DNA of 64,000 bases from Chloroflexota bacterium. GTDB lineage: Bacteria > Chloroflexota > Dehalococcoidia > UBA2979. This document shows positions 26,755 through 37,194 of the stretch, one piece after another; position 1 is the stretch's first letter, and each line of letters begins with the position of its first letter. The stretch lies in contig JAQCIU010000007.1 in assembly GCA_027593235.1 (NCBI GenBank), positions 52,983-116,982 of the forward strand, read 5' to 3'. Position numbers and translations under genes: made by a program. The notes beneath the pieces were generated by a model that was given only the letters and a program-made list of their open reading frames with translations, searched no databases and was not told the origin of the DNA.

Positions 26755-28172
26755 ATGCGGACAAGGATCGAAGTGACGCAGGCCCCTGAACCCAGCGAAG
26801 ACATGGCAGTCGAGGTCGCCGAGGAGCCGGTACGGCCCTCGGATGCGGTCGAGGCGCTCCTCGATGCCGACGACCTTGCGGGCGCAATCGAGTACGCCCG
26901 CACACTTCACGGCGCGGAACTCGCCGACGTCTTCGAACAGCTCGACGACGACGATCGCGACCAGGTCCTTGGCGCCCTCGATGCCGAAACAACCGCCAGT
27001 GCGCTCAGTTATGTCGAGTCACATTTCCGTGGCGAGCTGCTCCAGAACATGTCCGCGAACCAAATCGCGGAAACGCTGGTCCTGGAAGACGACGACGTCG
27101 CCACCGACATCGTCCAGTCGCTGGCCGCCGATACCGCCGAAGAGGTGCTCGACGCGCTTCCCGACGGGCGCCGCGAGGCGATCGACGCGCTACTGATCCA
27201 CGAACGAGACACCGCCGGCGGTCGCATGACCGGCCAGCTCGTCACGCTCGCCCCGGACTCCACGGTCGACGAGGTCCTGGACCAGCTTCGCGGAGCCCCG
27301 CTGGACGTCTCACAGCCGTTCTACCTCTACGTCTGCGACAGCGATCGCACCCTGGTGGGCGTCCTCAACCTGCGAGGCCTGATCGCCGCTTCGCCGCTTC
27401 GCCGAGCGCGCGGGCCCGCGATCTGATGGTCGCCGACCCAATCTCCGTCCCGGCGGACACCGACCAGGAGGAGGCAGCTCGCCTCCTCAAGCAGTACAAG
27501 CTGCTCGCGCTGCCCGTCGTCAATGAACGGAACCACCTACTGGGCGCCCTCACCGCCGACGACCTGATCGACGTGCTCGAGGACGAAGCGACCGAGGACA
27601 TGTTCCGCATCGTCGGCGTCAGCGAGGACGAGGACCTCCGGAGCATCTGGCGTTCGGTGCGTCACCGTCTGCCGTGGCTGACCGTGAACCTGGTCACCGT
27701 GCTCGCCGCGGGCTGGATCGTCTCGCTCTTCGAGGACACGGTGACCCGCGTTGCGGTGCTCGCGGCCTTCCTCCCGGTAATCGGCGGGATGGGCGGCAAC
27801 GCCGGCATCCAGACCGTCACCGTCGTGGTCCGATCGCTCGCCCTCGGACGCCTCGCGATCGGCGACACCGTCGAGGTGATGAAGCGAGAGATGCTCGGCG
27901 GGATGATCGTCGGAGTCGTGACCGGCGGCGCGGTGACGATATTGACCGTGGTCTGGCAAGGGAATCCCTGGCTCGGCGCCATCGTCGGACTCGCGCTGTT
28001 CGGAAACGTGGTCGTTGGGGTCGTCGCCGGCGTGCTGATCCCCATGACGCTGCACCGCCTGGACCAGGACCCGGCGCTCTCCAGCGGGATCTGGCTCACC
28101 ACTGCCACCGACCTGCTGGGCTTCCTCGGGTTCCTCGGCCTCGCCGCCTTGCTCGTCGAACGCATCGACTGA
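26755..28172 (+). pseudogene. mgtE: Magnesium transporter MgtE, split by a frameshift into 26755-27426 (N domain + CBS1) and 27426-28172 (CBS2 + TM)
   Basis: DTAGGRMT, RLPWL, GGMGGNAGIQT, DPALSSG...TTATD motifs; 8-bp duplication GCCGCTTC at 27385-27400. Confidence 0.9.
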
Positions 28173-28218
28173 TCCGCCGCCGTTCCGAAGGCGAGTGCGC
28201 CCACGGCGCGGACGCGAA

Positions 28219-28246
28219 GACGCCCCCGCGTTGCCGCGGGGGCGTC
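28219..28246. terminator. Hairpin between convergent mgtE and flagellin
   Basis: GACGCCCCCGCG-TTGC-CGCGGGGGCGTC, 12-bp stem. Confidence 0.65.
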
Positions 28247-28306
28247 CCCAGATACTCCGACCGCCTACCGACGTCGTGGTCGGCGGTCGGATACCTCGAA
28301 TGTTGC

Positions 28307-29479
28307 TTACTGGAGCAGCGAGAGCACCGCCTGCGGGGACTGGTTGGCCTGAGCCAACACGGAGACACCCGCCTGCTGCATGATCTGACGCGTCACCAGC
28401 TCAGAGGACACCATCGCGATGTCCGCGTCACGGATACGTGACTCGGATGCACTCAGGTTCTCGACGGAGACCGCGACCGAGTTGATCGCCGACTCCATCT
28501 GGTTCTGAGCCGCACCCAGCTTCGCGCGCTGGGTGCTGACCTGGCTGATCGCCGTGTCGAGTGCACCGAGCAGAGCGTCCGCCAGCGTCGTGGTCCCGAC
28601 AGCGGTGTTATCCGCCACCAGCGTGGTCAGCGTGGTACCAGTACCACCGAGTGCCGACGCGCGCAGGTCGGAGAATCCGACCGTCACGTTGTCGGTCGTC
28701 TCCGAGCCAACACGGAACGTCGCGTTGCCCTGACCGGTGGTGACGACGTCGGCACCAACACCGATGTCCAGCACGACCTCGGCCGCGGTGATCGCGCCCG
28801 CGCCGGTCTGGGTCACCGTGAACTTCACGCCCAACGCATCGAAGTTCAACACCTGCGTGTCGCCGATCGAACCGCCCATGGCGGCCGCCGTGATCGTCTG
28901 CGCGACGTTCGTGGTGCCGTTCGTCACCGTCAGGTTGTTGCCAGCGCTGGTCAGCGCGTACGTCACGCCAGCCTCTGCCTTCGAGACGTCGATCGCCGTC
29001 GTCGCCGCACCGGTGTCGGCAATCGCACCACCGGCGGTCGCCGTCGTCACCGACAGCGAACCCGTCAACAGGTTCAGGCCGTTGAAGCGCGAGCGACTGG
29101 CAATGTTGTCCAGCTCGTTTCGCAGCGTCAGCAGCTCTTCGCCGACCGACTCGCGGTCCGAGACCGAGAGGATCGTCGAACCAGCCTGCACCGTCAGCTC
29201 ACGCATACGCTGCAGGATCGCGTGCGTCTCGTTCAACGCACCTTCTGCGGTCTGAATCATCGAAACGCCGTCCTGGGCGTTCCGCAGACCCATCTGCATA
29301 CCGCGAATCTGTGAGCGCATCTTCTCACTGATCGCCAGACCGGCCGCGTCATCCGCTGCTCGGTTGATGCGCAAACCACTGGAGAGCTGTTCCAGCGCCT
29401 TGCTCATCTTGCCGCCAGTCACGTTCAGGTTTCGCTGAGCGTTGATCGCGGCAACGTTCGTGTTGATGAACATTCCCAT
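28307..29479 (-). CDS. fliC: Flagellin
   Basis: INTNVAA, LSSGLRINRAADDAAGLAISEKMR, RAKLGAAQN, SRIRDAD, AQANQSPQAVLSLL. Confidence 0.97.
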   Translation of the reverse strand: MGMFINTNVAAINAQRNLNVTGGKMSKALEQLSSGLRINRAADDAAGLAISEKMRSQIRGMQMGLRNAQDGVSMIQTAEGALNETHAILQRMRELTVQAGSTILSVSDRESVGEELLTLRNELDNIASRSRFNGLNLLTGSLSVTTATAGGAIADTGAATTAIDVSKAEAGVTYALTSAGNNLTVTNGTTNVAQTITAAAMGGSIGDTQVLNFDALGVKFTVTQTGAGAITAAEVVLDIGVGADVVTTGQGNATFRVGSETTDNVTVGFSDLRASALGGTGTTLTTLVADNTAVGTTTLADALLGALDTAISQVSTQRAKLGAAQNQMESAINSVAVSVENLSASESRIRDADIAMVSSELVTRQIMQQAGVSVLAQANQSPQAVLSLLQ

Positions 29480-29572
29480 GGGTGTGGCCTCCTATGCCTT
29501 GGGAGCCGGCATCCGTACCGACTCGCCCCATGTCCCCCCGGCCAGAACACCGACAGGGACTCTCAGCCGAAA

Positions 29573-29599
29573 TCATCGGCGTTGGTCGCCCGTTCCTTA
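29573..29599 (-). promoter_or_regulatory. Sigma-28 (FliA/SigD) promoter of flagellin
   Basis: Minus strand TAAG-N15-GCCGATGA, close to the consensus TAAA-N15-GCCGATAA. Confidence 0.8.
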
Positions 29600-29724
29600 G
29601 GGGGTCCACCGGATGCCACACCTGACGACTCGGTGATGAGATCGGCTCCCGGCGGGGTGCGCCACCCGCGATGTAGGGGGATTCCCCGAGGTGGAACCAG
29701 CGGGAAGCTCCGTAAGTTCCTCAT

Positions 29725-30717
29725 ATGAAACGACTCGTCGTCTGTGGTTGGGATGAACAAACCGCCGCACTGCTGCGCGCGGTTTCCCTGCGCTCCGACT
29801 TGCGCGCTGTCGCCATTGGCGACGATCGACCTGCCGCGCTCGTGCGCGCGCGCACGGCGACCGGACTGCCCTGCTACCAACATCTCCGCGAGATGCTCCG
29901 TAGCGTTGAGTTCGATGTCCTCCTCGTTGGCGACACCGCGGACCGAGAGGCGCTGATCGAACTCGCCACGGAACAGGGCGCCTCGATCATCCTGCGCGGC
30001 GATGCCGCCGATGCCCGCACCCTCGGTGCCGCGATCGACGCCGTGCCGCTGGGCGCCGGCGGATTGAACGTGACGCGACCGGACCTCAATCGGGCCGGAA
30101 TCGATCTCCTCGCAAGTCTCACTTCCGGCGATCCTGACTGGGCGCCCGATCTCTTGCACATCGAACTGAGTAACCCGAACGGCGTCGAGTCCGCCCTCAA
30201 CACCGCGGTCGCGCTGCTGGCCCGCCTGCAGCCGGAAACCGCCACCCAGACCGCCGCCGCCGCACTGCGCGGACACACGGACATGGTGCTGAGCGCCAGC
30301 GTCCAGGTCCGTCACGAGGACAGCGCGGTCACGATGTTGACCGTCCAGGGTCATCAGGCCGACCGCTGGCGGATCGCCGTCCAGTCCCCCGCCGGACGCG
30401 CGGAACTGCTGAGCGAGAACGGCGAATCGACCCTCACCCTCGAGCCGATCGATGGCGGCGCGGATCGCTCGGAGCTCGTCTATGACGATCTCGTCGATCT
30501 CGAGGCGGTGCGCATCGCCAACCCGGCCAGCCGCCGCCACGACGAGCGCTTCGCCCCAATCGAGGCCGCGATCCTGACCTCGATCGAGGCATCGCTGAAC
30601 ACCGGCTTCGTCACACCCGTCCGCGATCCCGGAGCGCGCGGCAACCTGCGCGTCCTCGAGGGCGGGCAGGCCACCACCTCCCGACGCCAGGGGCATCTCC
30701 GCATCCTCGGCGGCTAG
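29725..30717 (+). CDS. Divergent Gfo/Idh/MocA-like protein
   Basis: N-terminal Rossmann-like MKRLVVCG...YQHLREMLRSVEFDVLLVG; lacks GxGxxG and EKP. Confidence 0.55.
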   Translation: MKRLVVCGWDEQTAALLRAVSLRSDLRAVAIGDDRPAALVRARTATGLPCYQHLREMLRSVEFDVLLVGDTADREALIELATEQGASIILRGDAADARTLGAAIDAVPLGAGGLNVTRPDLNRAGIDLLASLTSGDPDWAPDLLHIELSNPNGVESALNTAVALLARLQPETATQTAAAALRGHTDMVLSASVQVRHEDSAVTMLTVQGHQADRWRIAVQSPAGRAELLSENGESTLTLEPIDGGADRSELVYDDLVDLEAVRIANPASRRHDERFAPIEAAILTSIEASLNTGFVTPVRDPGARGNLRVLEGGQATTSRRQGHLRILGG

Positions 30718-30852
30718 CGCCCCGACACCCCACACCCAGCAGCCTCACCGCGCGGCAGTCGAGGGGTTCGACCACCCGTTTCTCGGGCGGACTCCGATGC
30801 GATCCCAGACCCAATACCTCCCTACTGGAGGCGTTTGGTTCCGGGAGGATTC

Positions 30853-32991
30853 GTGGACCGACTACCGCTGTTCCCGCGCGCAAGCGCGCGTATCGCCCTC
30901 GCCGCCGCGCTTGCCGCGCTCGCGCTGGCCCTCGTGCTCTCCGCGGACGGTCGCACCCAGACCACCAGCGCCGCCACCGCGGTCAGCGGCCGGCTCACCG
31001 TGCCCCGCCCGCAGGGGATGACCGTTGGCTACGCCGGCACCGGCGACCCCGCGCTCTTCGCGCAGGCACAGTCCTTCCAGGTCGCGTCGGTCTCCATGTT
31101 CCACATCCCCTCGCAGACGTGGAGCTCATACGTCCCCGGCGCGCCGGCGTTCGCCAACAGCCTTACCACCCTCAACCTCCGCTCCGACAGCATCGTCTTC
31201 GCGAAGCGAACCGAGTCGACGAAGCTGGTCGCGGCGCCCGTCCCGCTGGCCGGCCCGCCATTCGTCGAGATCATCGATCAGCCACAACGCTTCGAGGTGC
31301 CGCCGGCCAACGGGCTGACGATCGGCGTCAGCGGCACCAACATCCCGGAAGCGCTGATCGCCTCCCAGTTCTTCAACACCTCGACGATGAACGTCTGGAG
31401 CATCAGCCGGCAGCGGTACCTCACGTACATCCCGGGGGCGCCGGCGGCGGTCAACACGCTATCGGCGTCCACGTTGCGTGCGACCGACGTCGTCTGGCTG
31501 AAGGCGCTGGGCGGTGCGACCGGCGGCGTGGTCCTAGAGGACACCCCGTTCATTGCGCGCCTCGTTCCTCCCGGCCAGGCCGGCACGCTGGTCGGCGTCG
31601 GGGCACCGGAGCACGGGAAGCTGATCGAGAACGGCGACGGCAGCGTCACCTACGTCCCAGAGAAGAACTACAGCGGTCCGGACAGCTTCACCTACACCGT
31701 CATGACCCCCAACGGTCCCGAGGTCCGCACGTTCCGTATTGAGGTCACCTCCGAGAACGACGCGCCGATCGCGGTCGACGACGTGGCGGTTGCGTCAGGC
31801 GGCCTCCCCACCGTCATCGCCGTCCTCGACAACGACAAGGATCCCGACAACGACCCGATCAAGATCCTGCGCACGACCCAGCCCGCGCATGGCATCGTCG
31901 CCGTTTCCGGCAACGCCGTGATCTACACACCTGAGCCGAAGTTCACCGGCACCGATGTCTTCGAGTACGAGATCACCGACGGCATCGCCGAACCCGGGAA
32001 CAAGGACTCGATCGCGACCGTCTTCGTCGCTGTCGGTGGGGCCGCCCTCGCTGGTCCGCCGCCCGCCGGCGGCGGTGGTGGCGGCGGTGGTGGCGGCGGT
32101 GGCGGCGGTGGCGTCACCCCACCCCCCGGCGGTGATGTTGGCGAGGGCGGCGTCCCGCCGTTCCTCACCGACGACAGCGCTTCGCTCGAAGTCTGTGACA
32201 CGCCGCCCGTGATCAACGTGCTCGCCAACGACGCGGGTGACGGCGTGACGGTCCTTGTCGTCACCGCCGTATCCACGCCGACGCTCGGTACAGCCGCCAA
32301 CAACGGCGACGGTACCGTCACCTACACCCCGCCCGTCGCCTGCGAGGGCACCGACACATTCACCTACACCGTCCCAGACGGCGACGGCGTGGATCAGACC
32401 GCCACCGTCACGGTTTCGATGGGCACCGCCGCAGGCGGTGGCACAGGCGGCGGCGGTACCAACCAGCTACCGCTGGCCGTCAATGACACCGTCAGCGCGT
32501 TCGCGAACGACCCGGCCGTGATCAGCGTGCTCGCCAACGACAGCGATCCGGACGGTGACCCGCTCACGGTCTCCGCGATCACACAGCCCAGCGGCGGGTC
32601 GGTCGTCAACAACGGCAACGGCACGGTCACCTACACCGCGAACAACTTCGTCGGTCAGACCTCGTTCACGTACACGGCCTCGGACGGCAACGGCGGCGAG
32701 GCGATCGCAACCGTCTCGGTCACCGTCGAGAGCGCTCCGGTCTCTCCGGTTGGGCCGGTGCTCGTCAGTTCCGGCGGGCAGGTCACCATCCAGGTGATCA
32801 CACCCAGCAGCTTCGTCCGGCTGGGCAGCGTGACCAACGGAAGCCACGGCAGCACGACGATGAACGCGGCCGCCGGCACGGTCACCTACAAGTCGCAGGC
32901 CGGGTACATCGGTGATGACTGGATTACCTGGACGCTGATCTTCAACCACGGCGGCACGGCGCAAACGACGCTTCGCCTGAAGATGCAGTAG
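30853..32991 (+). CDS. Secreted surface protein with Ig-like/cadherin-like (Big_9 type) repeats
   Basis: Signal peptide; repeats such as NDAPIAVDD, VLANDSDPDGD, NGDGTVTYTP, DSFTYT; poly-Gly/Pro linker; GGAGG RBS before GTG 30853. Confidence 0.88.
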   Translation: MDRLPLFPRASARIALAAALAALALALVLSADGRTQTTSAATAVSGRLTVPRPQGMTVGYAGTGDPALFAQAQSFQVASVSMFHIPSQTWSSYVPGAPAFANSLTTLNLRSDSIVFAKRTESTKLVAAPVPLAGPPFVEIIDQPQRFEVPPANGLTIGVSGTNIPEALIASQFFNTSTMNVWSISRQRYLTYIPGAPAAVNTLSASTLRATDVVWLKALGGATGGVVLEDTPFIARLVPPGQAGTLVGVGAPEHGKLIENGDGSVTYVPEKNYSGPDSFTYTVMTPNGPEVRTFRIEVTSENDAPIAVDDVAVASGGLPTVIAVLDNDKDPDNDPIKILRTTQPAHGIVAVSGNAVIYTPEPKFTGTDVFEYEITDGIAEPGNKDSIATVFVAVGGAALAGPPPAGGGGGGGGGGGGGGGVTPPPGGDVGEGGVPPFLTDDSASLEVCDTPPVINVLANDAGDGVTVLVVTAVSTPTLGTAANNGDGTVTYTPPVACEGTDTFTYTVPDGDGVDQTATVTVSMGTAAGGGTGGGGTNQLPLAVNDTVSAFANDPAVISVLANDSDPDGDPLTVSAITQPSGGSVVNNGNGTVTYTANNFVGQTSFTYTASDGNGGEAIATVSVTVESAPVSPVGPVLVSSGGQVTIQVITPSSFVRLGSVTNGSHGSTTMNAAAGTVTYKSQAGYIGDDWITWTLIFNHGGTAQTTLRLKMQ
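32068..32112 (+). repeat. In-frame GGY microsatellite encoding poly-Gly
   Basis: About 15 consecutive Gly codons (GGC/GGT). Confidence 0.8.
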
Positions 32992-33000
32992 CGCCGCGGT

Positions 33001-33330
33001 CTACATCCGCTCGGAGCGTTCCAGTCCCAGCACGAACGCGACCGCGCCACCGGTGCGGACGTCCAGCATGTCCGCCTGCTGGCCCGACTCGTCGGCCAGC
33101 GGCAAGGAACTCCGCGATACCGGTTCGGTCATCGCCGGGAAGTGTTCGTGCAGCAGCGCCATCAGATCCGCGACTTGATCATCTTCGACGGCCACGAAGG
33201 CCGTGACGTTGCCACGCCGCAGGAAGCCGCCGCTTGAACCGACCTTCGTCGCGCCAAATTGCGCCTCGGCCAACCGATCGAGGAGTCGGTCTCCGTCGGC
33301 ACCCGGCACGATCACGACACAGAGCTTCAT
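33001..33330 (-). CDS. PII-like cyclic-di-AMP receptor (DarA/PstA family)
   Basis: TKVGSSGGFLRRGNVT and GGAVAFVL motifs. Confidence 0.85.
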   Translation of the reverse strand: MKLCVVIVPGADGDRLLDRLAEAQFGATKVGSSGGFLRRGNVTAFVAVEDDQVADLMALLHEHFPAMTEPVSRSSLPLADESGQQADMLDVRTGGAVAFVLGLERSERM

Positions 33331-33421
33331 CCGCGGTTGCTCCCGCTGCGGCTCATCACCGCCGCCAGACTATCCGACCGAGGCAGGATGCGCCGTCCTC
33401 GGCATCCGGAGCACGCGCGGA

Positions 33422-34534
33422 CTACGCGCGATTCCCCGCGACCGCTTCCAGTACCGACAACACCTCGGAGGCGCGGGCGTCCCAGGTATTGGCCTCCAGC
33501 CACGCCCGGCGCTCGACGCTGTCGACCGCCGGCTCGCCGCCCAGTGCGGCATCCAGTGCGGCCAGCGCCGACGTCGCGTCACCAAACGGCACGACGTGCG
33601 GTGCGAACCACTTCGCCTCGTGGATCGCCGTCGTGAGGATCAGGCGATTCGTCGCCAGGTACTCGCAGAGGCGCAGCGGGAAACGTCGGTCGTTGTGCTC
33701 ATTGATCGTCAGCGGATTCAGCAGCACGTCGCTCGCATTGAGGTAAGACGGCAGATCAGTTCGCGGCTTCGAGCCCAGCCAGTAGACGTTCTCCCGCGCG
33801 AACACCGCATCGATGCGCGCGCGGAGCGCAACCTCGGGCTCGCGGTTCGGACCGATGAAGACGAACGACACTTCCGGCCGCGCCTCCGCCAGCCGTTCGA
33901 TCAGCGCCCAGTCGTACGTCCCGTTGATCATCCCGACGACCGCCACCCGAGGGCGCGCGATCGTCGCCAGATCCAGCGGCACCGGGAGCTGGCCGCGCGC
34001 CAGCTCCGCGAAACGGCCGCTGACGCCGTTCGGCAGCCGTGTCACCGCTTCCGCGCCCGCCGACTCGAACTCCTCGGCCAGCAACTCCGACACCGGGAAT
34101 GACGCCCGCGCTCGTGCCAGCAGGGCGCGCTCCAGCCGCGCCGTGCGCGCCACCGGCCACGCATAGAAGCGGTAGGCATCCGTCGCCACGTAGGCAAGCG
34201 GAGCATCGATCGCGCTTGCGAACGGTTCGAGGTACGGCGAGTCGACCAGCACGAAGTCTGGCCGCCCAAACCTCCGCACCGCCGATCGGTAGGACCGTTC
34301 CAGCCACCAGCGCGAGACCCCGGGGAACCGCCGGAGACCGGGCACGGCCACCACCGTCTGGTGATCCGCGTCCGCGACGTCCGCCCAGTAGAAGCCGCCG
34401 CGATCTTCGCGCTGCTGCTTGAGGTGCCAGAGCGGGCTCACCACCCGAAAGGCGTGCACCTCGACCTGCCGCGACAGCGCGTTGAGCAGCGCCGCGACGC
34501 TCTCCGGGTTCTCGTGATACGCGAACAACCGCAT
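33422..34534 (-). CDS. Glycosyltransferase (GT-B fold)
   Basis: LPNGV, NVYWLGSKP, PLRLCEYLAT, NTWDARA. Confidence 0.85.
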   Translation of the reverse strand: MRLFAYHENPESVAALLNALSRQVEVHAFRVVSPLWHLKQQREDRGGFYWADVADADHQTVVAVPGLRRFPGVSRWWLERSYRSAVRRFGRPDFVLVDSPYLEPFASAIDAPLAYVATDAYRFYAWPVARTARLERALLARARASFPVSELLAEEFESAGAEAVTRLPNGVSGRFAELARGQLPVPLDLATIARPRVAVVGMINGTYDWALIERLAEARPEVSFVFIGPNREPEVALRARIDAVFARENVYWLGSKPRTDLPSYLNASDVLLNPLTINEHNDRRFPLRLCEYLATNRLILTTAIHEAKWFAPHVVPFGDATSALAALDAALGGEPAVDSVERRAWLEANTWDARASEVLSVLEAVAGNRA

Positions 34535-34581
34535 CGTTCCGCTGGTTCCCTGCTCTGCCGCGACGACCGCGTCTGCTCGCG

Positions 34582-35817
34582 TTATCCCCGGAAGTCCCGG
34601 ACCGCGTCCGCATAGGCCTGGACAAGTTGATCGTTCAGCCGCTCGATGTCGAACCGATCCTCCACCAGCGCGCGCCCATGCGCACCCAGGCGGGCCCGCA
34701 GGCCCGGATCGGCCGCGCACTCCGTCAGCCGCGCCCCCAGCGCCGCCACATCTCCCGGCTCCACCAGGTACCCGCTCTCACCGTCGTCGACGCCCTCGGG
34801 GATGCCGCCGATTCGCGTGGTCAGGACCGGCACGCCCATCGCCTGCGCCTCCTGGAGCACGAGGCCCTGCGCTTCCTCAGAGCCGTCCGCTGCGCGGATG
34901 CTGGGCAGCACGAACAGATCGCTCTCCGCGTAGGCCGCGCGCACCTCCGCCTCGGAGGCCGCTCCGGTCAGCGAGACCACGTCCTCCAGGCCGGCCGCCG
35001 CCACCTGTGCGCGTAACTCGCCCTCGAGGGGACCGCCGCCGATGATCCGGTAACGCAGCGATGCCCCCGCAGCGACCGCCTGTGCCACCGCGGCAATCGA
35101 GTCCGCCACACCCTTCTCCGGCACCAGCCGCGCCACGGTCAGCACCCGCATCGGCCCCTCGGCGGCGGGATGCGCCAGCTCTGATTGCGGCGGCAACTCC
35201 ACGCCCATGCGCACGATCCGCAGCCGATCCTCGGGACAGCCAAGCGCCACGGCCTTCTTCGCCAGGAATGCGGAGTTCGAGGTGAACACGTCGCAGTCCG
35301 CAAACAACCGGTCGTAGCCGCGGGCCCCCGGCCCGCCGGGCAGCACGTTGATGCCGTGGCCGTGGAACGTCGTGACGATCGGCGCGTTGAAGCACCCTGC
35401 GGCGCGAAGATCGGTCGCGATCACGCCGTTTGGCCCGAAGTGCGCGTGCACCACGTCGAATTTGCCCGCCCGCGCCCATCCGGTCGCCGCGAAGGGCAGT
35501 CGCAGGTTCAGCACCTCGCGCCCCCGGCGCAGCGGGTTCAGCGTGCGCGCCATCGAGAGCATCCCACGCGGCGGCTCACGACGCGCCGCGCCGAGCACCG
35601 CGCGTACGCGCGCCGGCTTCGAGCGCGGCGGCGCTGGCCGGAACACGGTCCGCTGCAACAGGCCGAACTGTTCAATCCGTTCATGCCGCGCCGGATTCCC
35701 CGAGGGCTCGCCGAAGATCGTCACCTCGTGGCCGCGATCCAGCAGTCCGCAGATCTGGCGAACGATGAACAACTCGGAGATCACCGGGAACTCCGTGACC
35801 AGGAATGCGATGCGCAT
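34582..35817 (-). CDS. Glycosyltransferase family 4 (WcaL-like)
   Basis: FPVISELFI, HAHFGPNG, VARLVPEKG, LQEAQAMGVPV. Confidence 0.92.
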   Translation of the reverse strand: MRIAFLVTEFPVISELFIVRQICGLLDRGHEVTIFGEPSGNPARHERIEQFGLLQRTVFRPAPPRSKPARVRAVLGAARREPPRGMLSMARTLNPLRRGREVLNLRLPFAATGWARAGKFDVVHAHFGPNGVIATDLRAAGCFNAPIVTTFHGHGINVLPGGPGARGYDRLFADCDVFTSNSAFLAKKAVALGCPEDRLRIVRMGVELPPQSELAHPAAEGPMRVLTVARLVPEKGVADSIAAVAQAVAAGASLRYRIIGGGPLEGELRAQVAAAGLEDVVSLTGAASEAEVRAAYAESDLFVLPSIRAADGSEEAQGLVLQEAQAMGVPVLTTRIGGIPEGVDDGESGYLVEPGDVAALGARLTECAADPGLRARLGAHGRALVEDRFDIERLNDQLVQAYADAVRDFRG

Positions 35818-35961
35818 CGGTGCTTGCCTTCACTGCGCGCGGCCGATCCTCGCCGTGCGTTCCGAGACGAGGTGGCCGTCCGCGGACCCCGGCGGGTACG
35901 TCTCAGCTCGCGCGACGTTGCTACTGTAGGAAACCACGGATTCACAAGGACTAAGAGCTTC

Positions 35962-36735
35962 TTGATACGTCGGCTGCTGCGCTCCCTCCGTCCCCGCGCC
36001 GCCCGGTACTTCCGACGGCGCGTCTTTGCACGAGGTATCGACGAGACCGCGCGCACCACCGGGGCGCGCGCACTCATCCTCGCGCCCCACGCGGACGACG
36101 AAGCGATCGGCTTCGGCGCGCTGATCGCCCGCAAGGCCGCCGCCGGTACCGAGGTGCTGATCGTCATCGCGACCGACGGTCGCCACTCCGAGCGTGAAGC
36201 GGAGATCGGCGCCGACGAACTCGCCCGCGTGCGGCACGCCGAAGCCCTCGAGGCCGCCGCCGCCGTCGGCCTCCCACCGACCGCGGTACGCTTCCTGGAC
36301 TTCGAAGACGGCACGCTCGAGCAAAACCGCGCGCCACTCCTCGAAGCGATCCGCGCCATCGCAGCGGAGCTGCGACCGGACGAGATCTTCGCGCCGAACC
36401 CGGACGAGCACCCGGACCACCGCGTGCTCGGACAGGTCGCGCAGGCGGCCTTCGCCACCTCGAACGACGCGCGACTCTACGAGTACCCGGTGCGCTACTG
36501 GGGCCGCGTGCCATGGGTGGTCCCCGCGACGACGAAGCTCGATGCGATCCGGCGGTTGATCCTGGATCCGATCACGGAGTGGCGCCGGCGCCCGGCAATG
36601 CTCGTCGAAACCGGTGAGTTCCTACCGCAGAAGCACGCCGCCCTCGCCGCTTACTCGGGGGAGATGGCCAGCGTCGGCTACTTCGTCTTCCAGTTCGCGG
36701 ACGCGAACTACGAAGCGTTCTTTCCGCTCAACTGA
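35962..36735 (+). CDS. PIG-L family deacetylase
   Basis: APHADDEAIG, TDG, HPDH; start uncertain (35872 or 35962). Confidence 0.85.
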   Translation: MIRRLLRSLRPRAARYFRRRVFARGIDETARTTGARALILAPHADDEAIGFGALIARKAAAGTEVLIVIATDGRHSEREAEIGADELARVRHAEALEAAAAVGLPPTAVRFLDFEDGTLEQNRAPLLEAIRAIAAELRPDEIFAPNPDEHPDHRVLGQVAQAAFATSNDARLYEYPVRYWGRVPWVVPATTKLDAIRRLILDPITEWRRRPAMLVETGEFLPQKHAALAAYSGEMASVGYFVFQFADANYEAFFPLN

Positions 36736-36821
36736 GCGGCGTCGGATCCGGCGTCGAACCCCAGCTCACGACGTGCCGCGGTCATCGAGGTCGCCGCGTG
36801 ACCAGTCAGCGGGCCCGGCTG

Positions 36822-37145
36822 CTATGGCGTGACCATCAACAGCATCTTGAAGTTCTCACGCGCATCGACCGCGTGCGGGATGGTCGCGGGCAGAACGATC
36901 GCTTCGCCAGCACGAACCACCGATGGCTTGCCATCGATCGTCACATCCGCCTGCCCGTCGAGCACGTAGAGCAGGGCATCGGCCGGCGTCGCATGTGCGC
37001 TCAAGCCTTCCCCCGCCGAGAACGCGAACAGCGTCAGGCTGGCGCCGTCGCCCTGGTTCAGCGTGCGACTCACGACCTGCCCCGGCTGGTAGTCCACCAG
37101 GGCAGCAAGGTTCACGACTTCGGCCATTGGCAGGTTCTTGATCAC
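36822..37145 (-). CDS. Cupin domain protein
   Basis: GQVVSRTL, FAFSAGEGLSAH, PATIPHAV, FKMLL. Confidence 0.9.
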   Translation of the reverse strand: MIKNLPMAEVVNLAALVDYQPGQVVSRTLNQGDGASLTLFAFSAGEGLSAHATPADALLYVLDGQADVTIDGKPSVVRAGEAIVLPATIPHAVDARENFKMLLMVTP

Positions 37146-37194
37146 CTTGTTACTCCTCCGACTGCACTCGACTCGCGACCGAACGCGCGCGCCC

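Noticed and set aside
32068-32112. Phase-variable repeat
   Set aside because: Trinucleotide-based and in frame, so slippage would only change linker length.
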